Notes under the pieces: generated by a model
The model's database searches: none
Seen by the model: only the letters and a program-made list of their open reading frames with translations
What the model was told of the DNA's origin: nothing
In this document: one piece after another, positions 1-8,623 of the stretch
Layout: every line of letters starts with the position of its first letter
How positions within the stretch are numbered: the stretch's first letter is position 1
Position numbers and translations under genes: made by a program
Source of the DNA: Prevotellaceae bacterium
GTDB taxonomy: Bacteria > Bacteroidota > Bacteroidia > Bacteroidales > UBA932
DNA: 26,423 nucleotides
Reading direction: 5' to 3'
NCBI GenBank assembly: GCA_031259935.1
Contig: JAIRKV010000032.1
Span: 1 to 26,423 of the forward strand

Positions 1-90
1 AATTACAACAACGGCAACGGACAGGGCTTTGAATACGGCTCGCTGCCTTCACGAAGAACTTATGGTATTGGTTTAAACTTTAAATTTTAA
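1..90 (+). CDS. C-terminal end of SusC/RagA-like TonB-dependent transporter (5'-truncated by window)
   Basis: Frame 1 reads NYNNGNGQGFEYGSLPSRRTYGIGLNFKF* (stop 88-90). It has an amphipathic terminal beta-strand ending in Phe and lies 6 nt upstream of a SusD-like gene. Confidence 0.85.
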   Translation, partial: NYNNGNGQGFEYGSLPSRRTYGIGLNFKF

Positions 91-96
91 TATGTT

Positions 97-1692
97 ATGA
101 AAACAATAAAATATATTTCATTATTTCTTTTAACGGGAACAGTATTTATTAACTGTTCAAACTTTGATGAACTGAATAAAGACCCGAATAAAAGCACCGA
201 TTTAGACCCTAATCTGCAAATTGCCACCGTGCAAATGCGGCAGTCCGAAAACCATCAGGAATGGCACAGATACATGTGTTATCCAGGAGGTTTTATGCAT
301 CAATGGTGCGGCGATTGGGCAACAGTAAATTATGGCGGACACTGTACAAAATCTTCCGCTTTCGCCGAACAGTTATGGATGGCATACTATCCTTATATCA
401 TACGCGATGTGGTGGATGTAGTGCAACGCACAAAAGACGACCCAAACTTCACGAATGTAAACGCAGTCGCGCGAATTTTAAAAGTAGAGAATTTCTTGAA
501 ACTCACCGACTATTATGGAGATATTCCATATTTTAGCGCAGGAATGGGTTATTATACAGGAAATTATAATGCATCTTATGATAAACAGGAAGATATTTAT
601 AACGATTTTTTCAAAGAATTAACCGAAGCAGCACAAAATTTAGACCCTTCAGGTGATTTATTAACTCACGATTTATATTATAACGGAGACATTGCCAAAT
701 GGAAAAAATTTGCAAATTCGCTGCGTTTGCGCATAGCAATGCGTCTTATAAAAATCGACCTCGAAAAAGCCCGTGCCGAAGCGGAAAAAGCCATTGCCGC
801 AGGAGTATTTACTTCAAATGCCGATATTTGCTTTGTGAAACACGAAAATTATCAAAATCCGGGCGATGGCACAGGACCGGGCAACGGATTAGCTACGCGT
901 TTATCAAATCAGGGAGATGCTACAACCAACGCTTTTCGTTTATCCACAGAATTGATTTCATCAATGGAAAACCGCAAAGATCCCCGTATTTTGTATTACG
1001 GAGGCGTTTATTTCAATAATGGCGCAGGCACAGAAATCACTCAGGAAGTAAAAGCAGCGTTGAATTGTCAATATCAATACATGACATTCCCTGCACAATA
1101 TTTTTCGTATGAAGACTGGCGTCCGGCAATAGATATAGTTGTGAATGGAGAAACGTGGAACGTAACTCATTCTTTTCAACGTTTGCAACCATCAAAACTG
1201 ATTACTCGCTTTGATGCTCCTTTTATTCACATGACTTATGCCGAAGTTGAATTTTTGATTGCCGAAGCTGCATATCGCGGATGGAACGCCGGAGGAGGCT
1301 CGGCTGAATCGCATTTTGAAAAAGGCTTGGAAGCCGCCGTACGGCAGTGGTCGCTATTTGGCGTTTCTAATTCGGATGAAGCGGCAATCACCGATTTTAT
1401 AAATTTCAATAAAAATAATTTTACAGGAAACGAATTAACAGAAATCAATATGCAACTTTGGATATTGCATTTTTTAGACCCGCTGGAAACTTGGGCTAAC
1501 TGGCGGCGCACGGGAATTCCCGAAATAAACTTTATTGTCTGGTCTGATAATGCTTCAAACGGGAAAATACCAAGACGTATGGAATATCCAATAGAAGAAC
1601 AGACAAAAAATGCGGAAAACTACAAGGAAGCCGTCAGCCGCATGGGCGGAACAGATGACTGGACAAACCGAGTTTGGTGGGACAAAGAATAA
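97..1692 (+). CDS. SusD/RagB-family nutrient-binding outer-membrane lipoprotein (SusD-like_2 type), 531 aa
   Basis: Lipoprotein signal with Cys20 (C-SNFDELNKDPN). SusD motifs include LTDYYGDIPY, WKKFANSLRLRIAMRL, TYAEVEFLIAEAAYRGW, ETWANWRRTG, IPRRMEYP and the terminal RVWWD. Confidence 0.93.
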   Translation: MKTIKYISLFLLTGTVFINCSNFDELNKDPNKSTDLDPNLQIATVQMRQSENHQEWHRYMCYPGGFMHQWCGDWATVNYGGHCTKSSAFAEQLWMAYYPYIIRDVVDVVQRTKDDPNFTNVNAVARILKVENFLKLTDYYGDIPYFSAGMGYYTGNYNASYDKQEDIYNDFFKELTEAAQNLDPSGDLLTHDLYYNGDIAKWKKFANSLRLRIAMRLIKIDLEKARAEAEKAIAAGVFTSNADICFVKHENYQNPGDGTGPGNGLATRLSNQGDATTNAFRLSTELISSMENRKDPRILYYGGVYFNNGAGTEITQEVKAALNCQYQYMTFPAQYFSYEDWRPAIDIVVNGETWNVTHSFQRLQPSKLITRFDAPFIHMTYAEVEFLIAEAAYRGWNAGGGSAESHFEKGLEAAVRQWSLFGVSNSDEAAITDFINFNKNNFTGNELTEINMQLWILHFLDPLETWANWRRTGIPEINFIVWSDNASNGKIPRRMEYPIEEQTKNAENYKEAVSRMGGTDDWTNRVWWDKE

Positions 1693-1715
1693 TTAATCAT
1701 TTAAAAATTAAAGAT

Positions 1716-3068
1716 ATGAAAATAATAAATAAAATATTTTTCAGCAGTATATTGTTACTGTCTTTGAGCATTTCATGTACCAATGATGATGCAGATAATC
1801 CGACATTTGGAGATAATGACGTACCTGTGATTTTTGTCGACTGGGCAGAAAATATGGCGTTCAATGTAGGCGATGTTATACGGATAAGCCCGCAGGTATC
1901 GCCTTCGGATGGAGTAATCTACAAATGGATTTATAACGATGAAATCGTTTCAACCGATAAAAATCTGGAATATACGGTAACAGAATTTGGAAACTTTGTT
2001 TTGAAACTTGAAGTTGACAGAAACGGAGTAAAAAATTCACGCATAACGAATGTTTTGGTAGTAAAACCATTTGAACCGAAAACATATAACAAAAAATCAA
2101 TTGCATATATCACTGTTGATGGCTCTGTTGCAGATGTACCATGGAATGATATTACACATTTGATAGTTTCGTCAGCAGTAATCGGCGCAGATGGCTTGCC
2201 CGATTTAACTTTTGGCGGTCGTACAACGCTTGATATTCCTACATTAATTTCAACTGCTCATAATTACGGAGTTTTTGTGCTAATTGAATTTTCGGGTGCA
2301 ATAACTTATTTGAATGCCATACATGCATACGGAAGCCTTACTTTTTATGATGCAGCCGTAGCTGCAAATCGTGAAGAGTTTGCGAATAATCTTGTACAAA
2401 TTATGATTGATAACAAATTTGATGGAATCAACGTTTATATGGACAAAGCCGATGACGGCGCATACATTGACCCTGCAACACTAAAAGATTTTTACGAAAA
2501 ACTGGGTGTGGCGTTGAAAGCGGTAAAAAACAATTTAAACGACATTGAATATGATTACCTCTTATCCATGTCGGTATATGGCGGATGGACAAATGCCACG
2601 TTGAGCGGTATGGTAAATATTCCGACTTACGACTGGATAAATGTGCTGGCTTTCGCTGCCGAAGATTTAACGCCTGCGCCTCATTCTTCCCCGTGGTATT
2701 TCAGTGACCAGATAAATCAATGGCTGAACTTGTATGGCGTTGCCCCGTCGCGTATTGTAGGCGTAGCGCCGGCATTCGGGCTTCGTTATTTCGGAAATAC
2801 GGCAGATTACACTTGGGGCAATCTTTGGCAATATACCGAATATATTCCATACCGTACTTTATGTTCCACATATCCGAATGCGCACGAAGTAAATCAGCAG
2901 GCAGTAGATAATGGAATCTTTTACGATGGATTTCCCGCTGTCGCAGAGAAAGCACAATACGTCAATGACAATAATCTTGGCGGCATGGCGCTGTGGTCTG
3001 TCGAAAGCGACAGCAAAGATGAAACAAAATCATTAATGAAAAAAATAAACGATTTGTTAGGAAATTAA
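1716..3068 (+). CDS. Lipoprotein with Ig/PKD-like domain plus GH18-fold domain with degenerate catalytic motif (probable non-catalytic glycan-binding protein), 450 aa
   Basis: Start moved from 1674 to ATG 1716, which gives a signal peptide with Cys21. PKD-like segment YKWIYNDEIVSTDKNLEY. GH18 landmarks WNDITHL, YDWINVLAF and LGGMALW are present, but DxxDxDxE reads DGINVYMD (2421-2444). Confidence 0.8.
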   Translation: MKIINKIFFSSILLLSLSISCTNDDADNPTFGDNDVPVIFVDWAENMAFNVGDVIRISPQVSPSDGVIYKWIYNDEIVSTDKNLEYTVTEFGNFVLKLEVDRNGVKNSRITNVLVVKPFEPKTYNKKSIAYITVDGSVADVPWNDITHLIVSSAVIGADGLPDLTFGGRTTLDIPTLISTAHNYGVFVLIEFSGAITYLNAIHAYGSLTFYDAAVAANREEFANNLVQIMIDNKFDGINVYMDKADDGAYIDPATLKDFYEKLGVALKAVKNNLNDIEYDYLLSMSVYGGWTNATLSGMVNIPTYDWINVLAFAAEDLTPAPHSSPWYFSDQINQWLNLYGVAPSRIVGVAPAFGLRYFGNTADYTWGNLWQYTEYIPYRTLCSTYPNAHEVNQQAVDNGIFYDGFPAVAEKAQYVNDNNLGGMALWSVESDSKDETKSLMKKINDLLGN

Positions 3069-3112
3069 ACCGAACAGTAGAAATAATTACATACATTTAA
3101 CTTTCTCAAAAA

Positions 3113-3180
3113 TGCGAAAGGGAAGTAATTCGTAAAATATCAATAAACCATATCTTTCGGATTACTTCCTGATATTCGCA
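3113..3180. repeat. ~68 bp imperfect inverted repeat between the two GH18 genes
   Basis: TGCGAA..GGAAGTAATTCG (3113-3132) pairs with CGGATTACTTCC..TTCGCA (3158-3180). Confidence 0.6.
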
Positions 3181-3191
3181 ATTATATATTT

Positions 3192-3199
3192 TAACTTTG
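3192..3199 (+). promoter_or_regulatory. Bacteroidetes sigma-A -7 element for the second GH18 gene
   Basis: TAACTTTG matches TAnnTTTG, 14 nt before ATG 3214. Confidence 0.6.
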
Positions 3200-3213
3200 T
3201 AAATAGATTAAAT

Positions 3214-4245
3214 ATGAAAAAAACAGTATTAATTATTGTAGCCATGTCAATACTGGTATCAGGATGCACAGGAAACAGTGCAAATAACAGCGAAGACGAC
3301 ATTTCGAAACAGCACATTACAGTCGGATATTTGCCGTGGTGGAAAATGCCATACATTCCGCAATGGCAAAAAATTACTCATTTGTGCCTTGCATTCGGAA
3401 CTGTAAATTCAGATGGTTCGCTCGATTTGACAAATATGAATAAATTTACAGATTGCATCGCAAATGCGCACAATAACAGCGTGAAAGTATTACTTTCGAT
3501 TGGCGGTGGCAGTTCAAACAACTTTTCGGAAGCCATATTAAATACGGATAAAAGAAAAATTTTAACCGATAATTTAATCAAAGCCATCAACAATTACAAT
3601 CTGGATGGCGTGGATATCGATTTTGAAGAATGGGAAGGAGGACAAAACGGAGCAAGTCAGTCGGATTTATTGAAACGCAATGCTCTGGAAAATTTATATA
3701 AGGAATTACGCGAAAAAGTGGGAAACGGCAAACTCATAACAGCAGCAGTTAATGCAAGTTGGGATAATGGCGGTTGGGGTTTTTATAACTGTTTTAACAG
3801 TTCCATGCATCAATATTTGGATTTTGTCAGTTTGATGATTTATGATGAAACAGGTCCATGGTCTGGAACGAATACAGGACAGCACGCCTCGTGGGAATAT
3901 TTTGAAAATTCCATAAACCACTGGTTGAACAATAAAAATTTGCCTAAGGAAAAATTAGTTGCAGGCGTACCGTTTTACGGATATTTATTTAAATCGCCCG
4001 ATAATGCCGAAGGCGCAGAATCTGTTGCGTACCGTAATATTTTGACGGATTTTCCGAATCAGGATGCACATCTTAAAGATAATATAGACTTGCTGTACTA
4101 CAATGGAATGCAAACAATACGGAACAAAGCAAAATATATTGTCGATAACAATCTGGCAGGAATAATGATTTGGGAACTTTCGCACGATACTGATATTGCC
4201 GATAAAAGCCTTTTGAATGTGATTTATGAAGCATTTAAACAGTGA
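3214..4245 (+). CDS. Glycoside hydrolase family 18 lipoprotein (chitinase/endo-beta-N-acetylglucosaminidase-like), 343 aa
   Basis: Lipobox VSGC (Cys18). Canonical motifs VKVLLSIGGG, LDGVDIDFE (3604-3627, intact DxxDxDxE), MIYD, GVPFYG and GIMIW. Confidence 0.92.
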   Translation: MKKTVLIIVAMSILVSGCTGNSANNSEDDISKQHITVGYLPWWKMPYIPQWQKITHLCLAFGTVNSDGSLDLTNMNKFTDCIANAHNNSVKVLLSIGGGSSNNFSEAILNTDKRKILTDNLIKAINNYNLDGVDIDFEEWEGGQNGASQSDLLKRNALENLYKELREKVGNGKLITAAVNASWDNGGWGFYNCFNSSMHQYLDFVSLMIYDETGPWSGTNTGQHASWEYFENSINHWLNNKNLPKEKLVAGVPFYGYLFKSPDNAEGAESVAYRNILTDFPNQDAHLKDNIDLLYYNGMQTIRNKAKYIVDNNLAGIMIWELSHDTDIADKSLLNVIYEAFKQ

Positions 4246-4293
4246 TTAAAAAATGACGGTATGATACGTTTGATGGAAAAACATTAAAAATCT

Positions 4294-4770
4294 TCACAAC
4301 AGGGCGTTATTTTCAATGCTTTGCATGTATCCTTTGTCTTCCGGCAGATTTGTTTGCATTGATGCTTCAACAGCCATTTTGTCGCACAGTTCGTTAAACG
4401 GATTTCCTGCGTGTCCTTCAATCCAGACAAACTTTATTTTATGCAGTCTGTAAACTTTTAAAAATCTCATCCACAAATCCGGATTTTTTATGTTTTTAAA
4501 ATGCCTGATTTCCCACGATTTAAGCCAGCCTGCATTTATGGCATCTACTACATATCGCGAATCGCTGAAAACTGTTACGTTTGCGTTTACCGATTTTATA
4601 TTTTCAAGGGCAACAATCACTGCCATTAATTCCATTCTGTTATTGGTTGTATAAGCAAATCCCTGCGAAATTTCCTTGCGATATTTTCCCGAAATCATAA
4701 TAATACCATATCCTCCGTTTCCCGGATTTCCTCGAGCCGCTCCATCGGTATAGACAGTAATTTCAGTCAT
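4294..4770 (-). CDS. rnhA: Ribonuclease HI
   Basis: VYTDGAARGNPG, TNNRMELMA, SDSRYVVDAI, WIEGHAG and NELCDKMA supply the DEDD catalytic residues. Confidence 0.96.
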   Translation of the reverse strand: MTEITVYTDGAARGNPGNGGYGIIMISGKYRKEISQGFAYTTNNRMELMAVIVALENIKSVNANVTVFSDSRYVVDAINAGWLKSWEIRHFKNIKNPDLWMRFLKVYRLHKIKFVWIEGHAGNPFNELCDKMAVEASMQTNLPEDKGYMQSIENNALL

Positions 4771-4803
4771 TATTATTCTAAATTCATCGTTTATTTGCTG
4801 TTG

Positions 4804-5904
4804 CTATTCATCGTCAGTCGAAATGATTGTAATATCATCGTGTCCGTTATGTTTATTTTTAGCCGATATATCAATTTTCAAAGGATCTTCGTTCATTTCG
4901 CTGTAGCGTTTACGATTTTTGAAAATATCGCAAGCCATGTACAGTGCGGCGCGAAACGAATCGGCATTTGCTATTCCCTGTCCTGAAATTTCATAAGCCG
5001 TGCCATGCGCCGGCGATGTACGAACAAAAGGTAAACCTGCCGTATAGTTGACGCCCGTATCGAATGCACGCGATTTAAATGCTATCATGCCCTGATCGTG
5101 ATACATTGCTAATATTCCATCAAATTTTTTTGACGTTTCGGAACTTAAAAATCCATCGGCAGAATATGGACCAAATGCCAAAATATTTTTTTCCTGCGCT
5201 TCTTTTATTGCCGGAAATATTATCTCTTTTTCTTCGGTTCCTATCAAGCCGTTATCGCCACAATGAGGATTAAGCCCCAAAACGGCAATGCGTGGTTTTG
5301 TTATTAAAAAATCTTTTTTCAGCGATTCGTGTAATATGTCGATTTTTTGCAGTATCAGTTTTTTTGAAATTGATTTTGCCACATCCTGCAACGGAATATG
5401 TCCTGTTACTATACCGATTTTCAGGTTATCGTTAACCATCAACATCAAATAATTCTGCACGCCGACAGCATCTGCTAAAAATTCCGTATGTCCGATAAAC
5501 TTTTTTCCCGGAACCTGTACATTGTATTTGTTTATTGGCGCCGTAACCAGTACATCTATTTTCTTCTCGCGAATGTCGCGTAAGGCTGCCTGCAAAGCTT
5601 TCAACGAGCCTTCGCCTGCCATTGGCGTAGAATGACCGACTTCAGCGTGAGCATTGTCGCTCATTATGTTTATAAAGTTTACGCATTTGTTTCGAGCATC
5701 TTTCGGTGATGTTGCAAGATTGAGATTTATATTTTCAATCTTAAACAAATTGCGATAAAATCCCCAAATTTTTATTGAGCCGTAAATAACAGACGTGCAA
5801 AAATCAATAATACGGTTATCTTCAAACGTTTTCAACATTACTTCGTAAGATATTCCATTGATGTCGCCTTGCGTTATTCCTGCAACTATTTTTCCATCTT
5901 TCAT
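4804..5904 (-). CDS. pdxA: 4-hydroxythreonine-4-phosphate dehydrogenase PdxA
   Basis: ITQGDINGISYE, TAPINK, GHTEFL, GLNPHCGD, MYHDQG and RTSPAHGTA; the three metal-binding His are present. Confidence 0.93.
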   Translation of the reverse strand: MKDGKIVAGITQGDINGISYEVMLKTFEDNRIIDFCTSVIYGSIKIWGFYRNLFKIENINLNLATSPKDARNKCVNFINIMSDNAHAEVGHSTPMAGEGSLKALQAALRDIREKKIDVLVTAPINKYNVQVPGKKFIGHTEFLADAVGVQNYLMLMVNDNLKIGIVTGHIPLQDVAKSISKKLILQKIDILHESLKKDFLITKPRIAVLGLNPHCGDNGLIGTEEKEIIFPAIKEAQEKNILAFGPYSADGFLSSETSKKFDGILAMYHDQGMIAFKSRAFDTGVNYTAGLPFVRTSPAHGTAYEISGQGIANADSFRAALYMACDIFKNRKRYSEMNEDPLKIDISAKNKHNGHDDITIISTDDE

Positions 5905-5931
5905 CTGAATTTCTTTTTACTATACAAGGTT

Positions 5932-5939
5932 CAAAGGTA
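5932..5939 (-). promoter_or_regulatory. -7 promoter element for pdxA-rnhA
   Basis: Plus-strand CAAAGGTA = TACCTTTG on minus, 27 nt upstream of the pdxA ATG. Confidence 0.6.
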
Positions 5940-5996
5940 TAACTTTTTTTTGAAATCACAGTTTCAGACAATTTTTCCGGATTAACTCCATTGATA

Positions 5997-6064
5997 TTCG
6001 CTACGCTTCTCAATGACGTTTTGTGTCTTCTTTTGTACGTTATTGCAAGGAGCGCAGCGACGAA
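5997..6064. repeat. Degenerate REP/RPE-like palindromic element
   Basis: TTCGCTACGCTTCTCAATGACG (5997-6018) is an imperfect reverse complement of CGTTATTGCAAGGAGCGCAGCGACGAA (6038-6064). It is GC-rich in an AT-rich spacer downstream of trmD. Confidence 0.55.
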
Positions 6065-6111
6065 GTTAAGACTGTCCGTATTCGGGAAAAAACGAAACCG
6101 TCAATGCCGGA

Positions 6112-6792
6112 TTATTCTTCTTTCAACATTTCGGGGCGCAGCAGTTTTGTTCGCTTTACTGCCTGTTCTTCCTGCCATTCGGCAATTTTTTCGTGATTCC
6201 CCGAAAGTAAAATGTCGGGAACTTTCCATCCGTTAAACTCGGCAGGTCGAGTATATACAGGCGGAGCAAGCAATCCATCCTGAAACGAATCGGTGAGAGC
6301 CGATGTTTCATCTGAAATGGCACCTGGAATAATGCGTACAATCGAATCGACAATAACCGCCGCAGCCAGTTCGCCTCCCGACAGTACATAATTGCCTATT
6401 GAAATTTCGCGGGTAACAAGATGTTCGCGTATTCGATGGTCAATGCCTTTGAAATGCCCGCAAAGAATCATTATGTTTTCTTTTGTTGATAATCGGTTTG
6501 CTTCACACTGGTTGAAAAGCAGACCATCGGGCGACATGTAAATTATTTCATCGTAACTGCGCTGTTTTTTCAGGTCGTTTATCATATTAAAAACAGGTTC
6601 AATCATAAGCACCATGCCGGAATCGCCTCCAAACGAATAATCGTCAACCTGACGATAATTTCCTTTCCCGTAATCGTGAATATTATGAATATTGATATCA
6701 ACAACATTTTTATCGCGCGCCCGTTTAACAATAGAATGATTTAACGGACTTTCAAGCAATTCGGGAACAACTGTAAGTATATCTATTCGCAT
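6112..6792 (-). CDS. trmD: tRNA (guanine37-N1)-methyltransferase TrmD
   Basis: [54 protein letters not shown] and LLSGNH. Confidence 0.97.
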   Translation of the reverse strand: MRIDILTVVPELLESPLNHSIVKRARDKNVVDINIHNIHDYGKGNYRQVDDYSFGGDSGMVLMIEPVFNMINDLKKQRSYDEIIYMSPDGLLFNQCEANRLSTKENIMILCGHFKGIDHRIREHLVTREISIGNYVLSGGELAAAVIVDSIVRIIPGAISDETSALTDSFQDGLLAPPVYTRPAEFNGWKVPDILLSGNHEKIAEWQEEQAVKRTKLLRPEMLKEE

Positions 6793-6809
6793 AATCTGAA
6801 ATTATGTTG

Positions 6810-6817
6810 CAAATTTA
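6810..6817 (-). promoter_or_regulatory. -7 promoter element for trmD
   Basis: CAAATTTA = TAAATTTG on minus, 17 nt upstream of the trmD ATG. Confidence 0.55.
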
Positions 6818-6870
6818 CGTGAAATATTGTGAACTGAATTTATCAGCGTTAATAATCAATGCATAAAGGG

Positions 6871-7932
6871 TTATTTATCAAAAGTTTGAGAACTGATTTT
6901 TTTCTTCAATTCTTCGATTTCCTTTTTTAATGTTTGAATTTCGTCGCGCATTTGCGGTAAAGTGCGATATACTGCAATATTTCGTTGATTTTTTGCATAG
7001 TCAACAGCCGGCGAGCCTGCAATTGTTGCATTGACAACAGTGTTTTTAGCCACTCCCGACTGCGCTCCTATCTGCGTGCCATCGGCAATGCTTATATGAC
7101 CTACAATTCCGACCTGTCCGCCAACAACACACTGTTTTCCTATTTTTGCCGAACCTGCAATTCCTGCCTGTGCTGCAATTACCGTATTTTCGCCTATTTC
7201 AACATTATGTGCAATTTGTACGAGATTATCAATTTTTGTTCCACAGCGAATTACAGTTGTTTCCATAGTTGCGCGGTCGATAGAAACATTTGAACCTATC
7301 TCAACATTATCTTCAATAACAACTATTCCTGTTTGGGCAATTTTTTTATACGAACCATCACTTTGCGGAGCAAAGCCAAAACCGTCGGAACCAATTACCG
7401 CACCTGAATGAATGATGCAGTTTGCTCCGATTTTACATCCTGTATAAATTTTCACGCCTGAATATAAAATTGTATTATCGCCTATGCATACATTTTCGCC
7501 TATGTAAACCTGCGGATATATTTTCACATTATTTCCTGTTTTTGCGCCTTTTGCAATATACGAAAATGCTCCTACATAAACATTTTTACCGAGTTTTGCA
7601 CGCCACGAAATTTTACTTCGCCACGAACGACCGCTTTTGTTTTGCATTTTCATCGTATTCAACAGGTCGAGCATGGTCGCCACAGCCTGATAAGCATTAT
7701 CAACTCGGATAAGCGTTGCCGTAACAGGTTGTTTAAGTTCAAAACTTTTGTTTATTAAAACTATGCTTGCCTGAGTTGTATAAAGATATTTTTCGTATTT
7801 CGGGTTTGCCAAAAAACATAATGTTCCAGGTTTTCCCTGTTCTATACGGGCGGCTGCCGATACTTCCACATCGGGATTTCCCTCAACTGTTCCGCCTAAA
7901 TGATTGGCAATTGTTTGTGCTGATAATATCAT
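6871..7932 (-). CDS. lpxD: UDP-3-O-(3-hydroxymyristoyl)glucosamine N-acyltransferase LpxD
   Basis: N-terminal FLANPKY uridine-binding domain, hexapeptide repeats, and [25 protein letters not shown] and GQVGIVGH. Confidence 0.96.
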   Translation of the reverse strand: MILSAQTIANHLGGTVEGNPDVEVSAAARIEQGKPGTLCFLANPKYEKYLYTTQASIVLINKSFELKQPVTATLIRVDNAYQAVATMLDLLNTMKMQNKSGRSWRSKISWRAKLGKNVYVGAFSYIAKGAKTGNNVKIYPQVYIGENVCIGDNTILYSGVKIYTGCKIGANCIIHSGAVIGSDGFGFAPQSDGSYKKIAQTGIVVIEDNVEIGSNVSIDRATMETTVIRCGTKIDNLVQIAHNVEIGENTVIAAQAGIAGSAKIGKQCVVGGQVGIVGHISIADGTQIGAQSGVAKNTVVNATIAGSPAVDYAKNQRNIAVYRTLPQMRDEIQTLKKEIEELKKKISSQTFDK

Positions 7933-7951
7933 GAAATTAAATTTTATTTTA

Positions 7952-7959
7952 CAAAAGTA
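7952..7959 (-). promoter_or_regulatory. -7 promoter element for lpxD
   Basis: CAAAAGTA = TACTTTTG on minus, 19 nt upstream of the lpxD ATG. Confidence 0.6.
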
Positions 7960-8149
7960 ATAAAAATCGTATAAATATTAATCCTTCGTTTCTTTGCAAG
8001 TATATAAATCATTAATCAACAATAAATTGTAAACAAAAATTAATAAATAAAAAATGTAACATTTGCAAATAATACTGTTTTATAAAGCGATATTTATTTA
8101 ATAATCGGCAGCGATTTTGAAAATATTTTATTAAAAAAAAGAAAATATA

Positions 8150-8179
8150 TTTGTGATTTTGAAAAAAGTTGTATCTTTG
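8150..8179 (+). promoter_or_regulatory. -33/-7 promoter of the tRNA-tuf operon
   Basis: TTTG (8150-8153), 18 nt spacer, TATCTTTG (8172-8179), 43 nt upstream of tRNA-Thr. Confidence 0.7.
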
Positions 8180-8222
8180 CACTTCCAAAATTTTAGGGTT
8201 TCTAACTTTTTAGAACATGCAA

Positions 8223-8296
8223 GCCTCTTTAGCTCAGCTGGCCAGAGCACGTGATTTGTAATCTCGGGGTCGTTGGTTCGAATCCGACAAGAGGCT
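8223..8296 (+). tRNA. tRNA-Thr (TGT)
   Basis: Acceptor GCCTCTT/AAGAGGC, anticodon loop TT-TGT-AA, T-loop TTCGAAT; CCA not encoded. Confidence 0.95.
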
Positions 8297-8351
8297 CAAA
8301 ATTAAGAATTGAAGACAAAATTTATTTTGAAAAGCAATTATCAATTTTCGA

Positions 8352-8434
8352 GGGAGAATACCAGAGTGGCCAAATGGGGCAGACTGTAAATCTGCTGGCG
8401 TACGCCTTCGGTGGTTCGAATCCATCTTCTCCCA
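8352..8434 (+). tRNA. tRNA-Tyr (GTA)
   Basis: Acceptor GGGAGAA/TTCTCCC, anticodon arm GCAGA-CTGTAAA-TCTGC, long variable arm. Confidence 0.96.
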
Positions 8435-8441
8435 CTTTCAT

Positions 8442-8514
8442 GCGGAAGTAGCTCAGTTGGTAGAGCATTAGCCTTCCAAGCTAAGGGTCGCGAGTTCGAA
8501 CCTCGTCTTCCGCT
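8442..8514 (+). tRNA. tRNA-Gly (TCC)
   Basis: Acceptor GCGGAAG/CTTCCGC, anticodon arm TTAGC-CTTCCAA-GCTAA. Confidence 0.96.
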
Positions 8515-8623
8515 CAAAATCAATGAGTTCCGAGTCTTAAACAGGGATTATCGGGGTTTATTGTTGTGTATTCAAAGTCGCTGTCTTTGTTAAGAAAATG
8601 TAACGTAAGAACGTGACATGCAT

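Noticed and set aside
1674-1715. N-terminal extension MVGQRIINHLKIKD of the PKD-GH18 ORF
   Set aside because: It overlaps the susD end; ATG 1716 gives a proper signal peptide and A-rich context.
5822-6236. 63-aa and 81-aa ORFs across the pdxA-trmD spacer
   Set aside because: They overlap real genes and run through a palindromic repeat and a promoter; no protein features.
8515-8623. 109-nt spacer between tRNA-Gly and tRNA-Thr as a hidden or pseudo tRNA
   Set aside because: No T-loop consensus or acceptor stem could be found.
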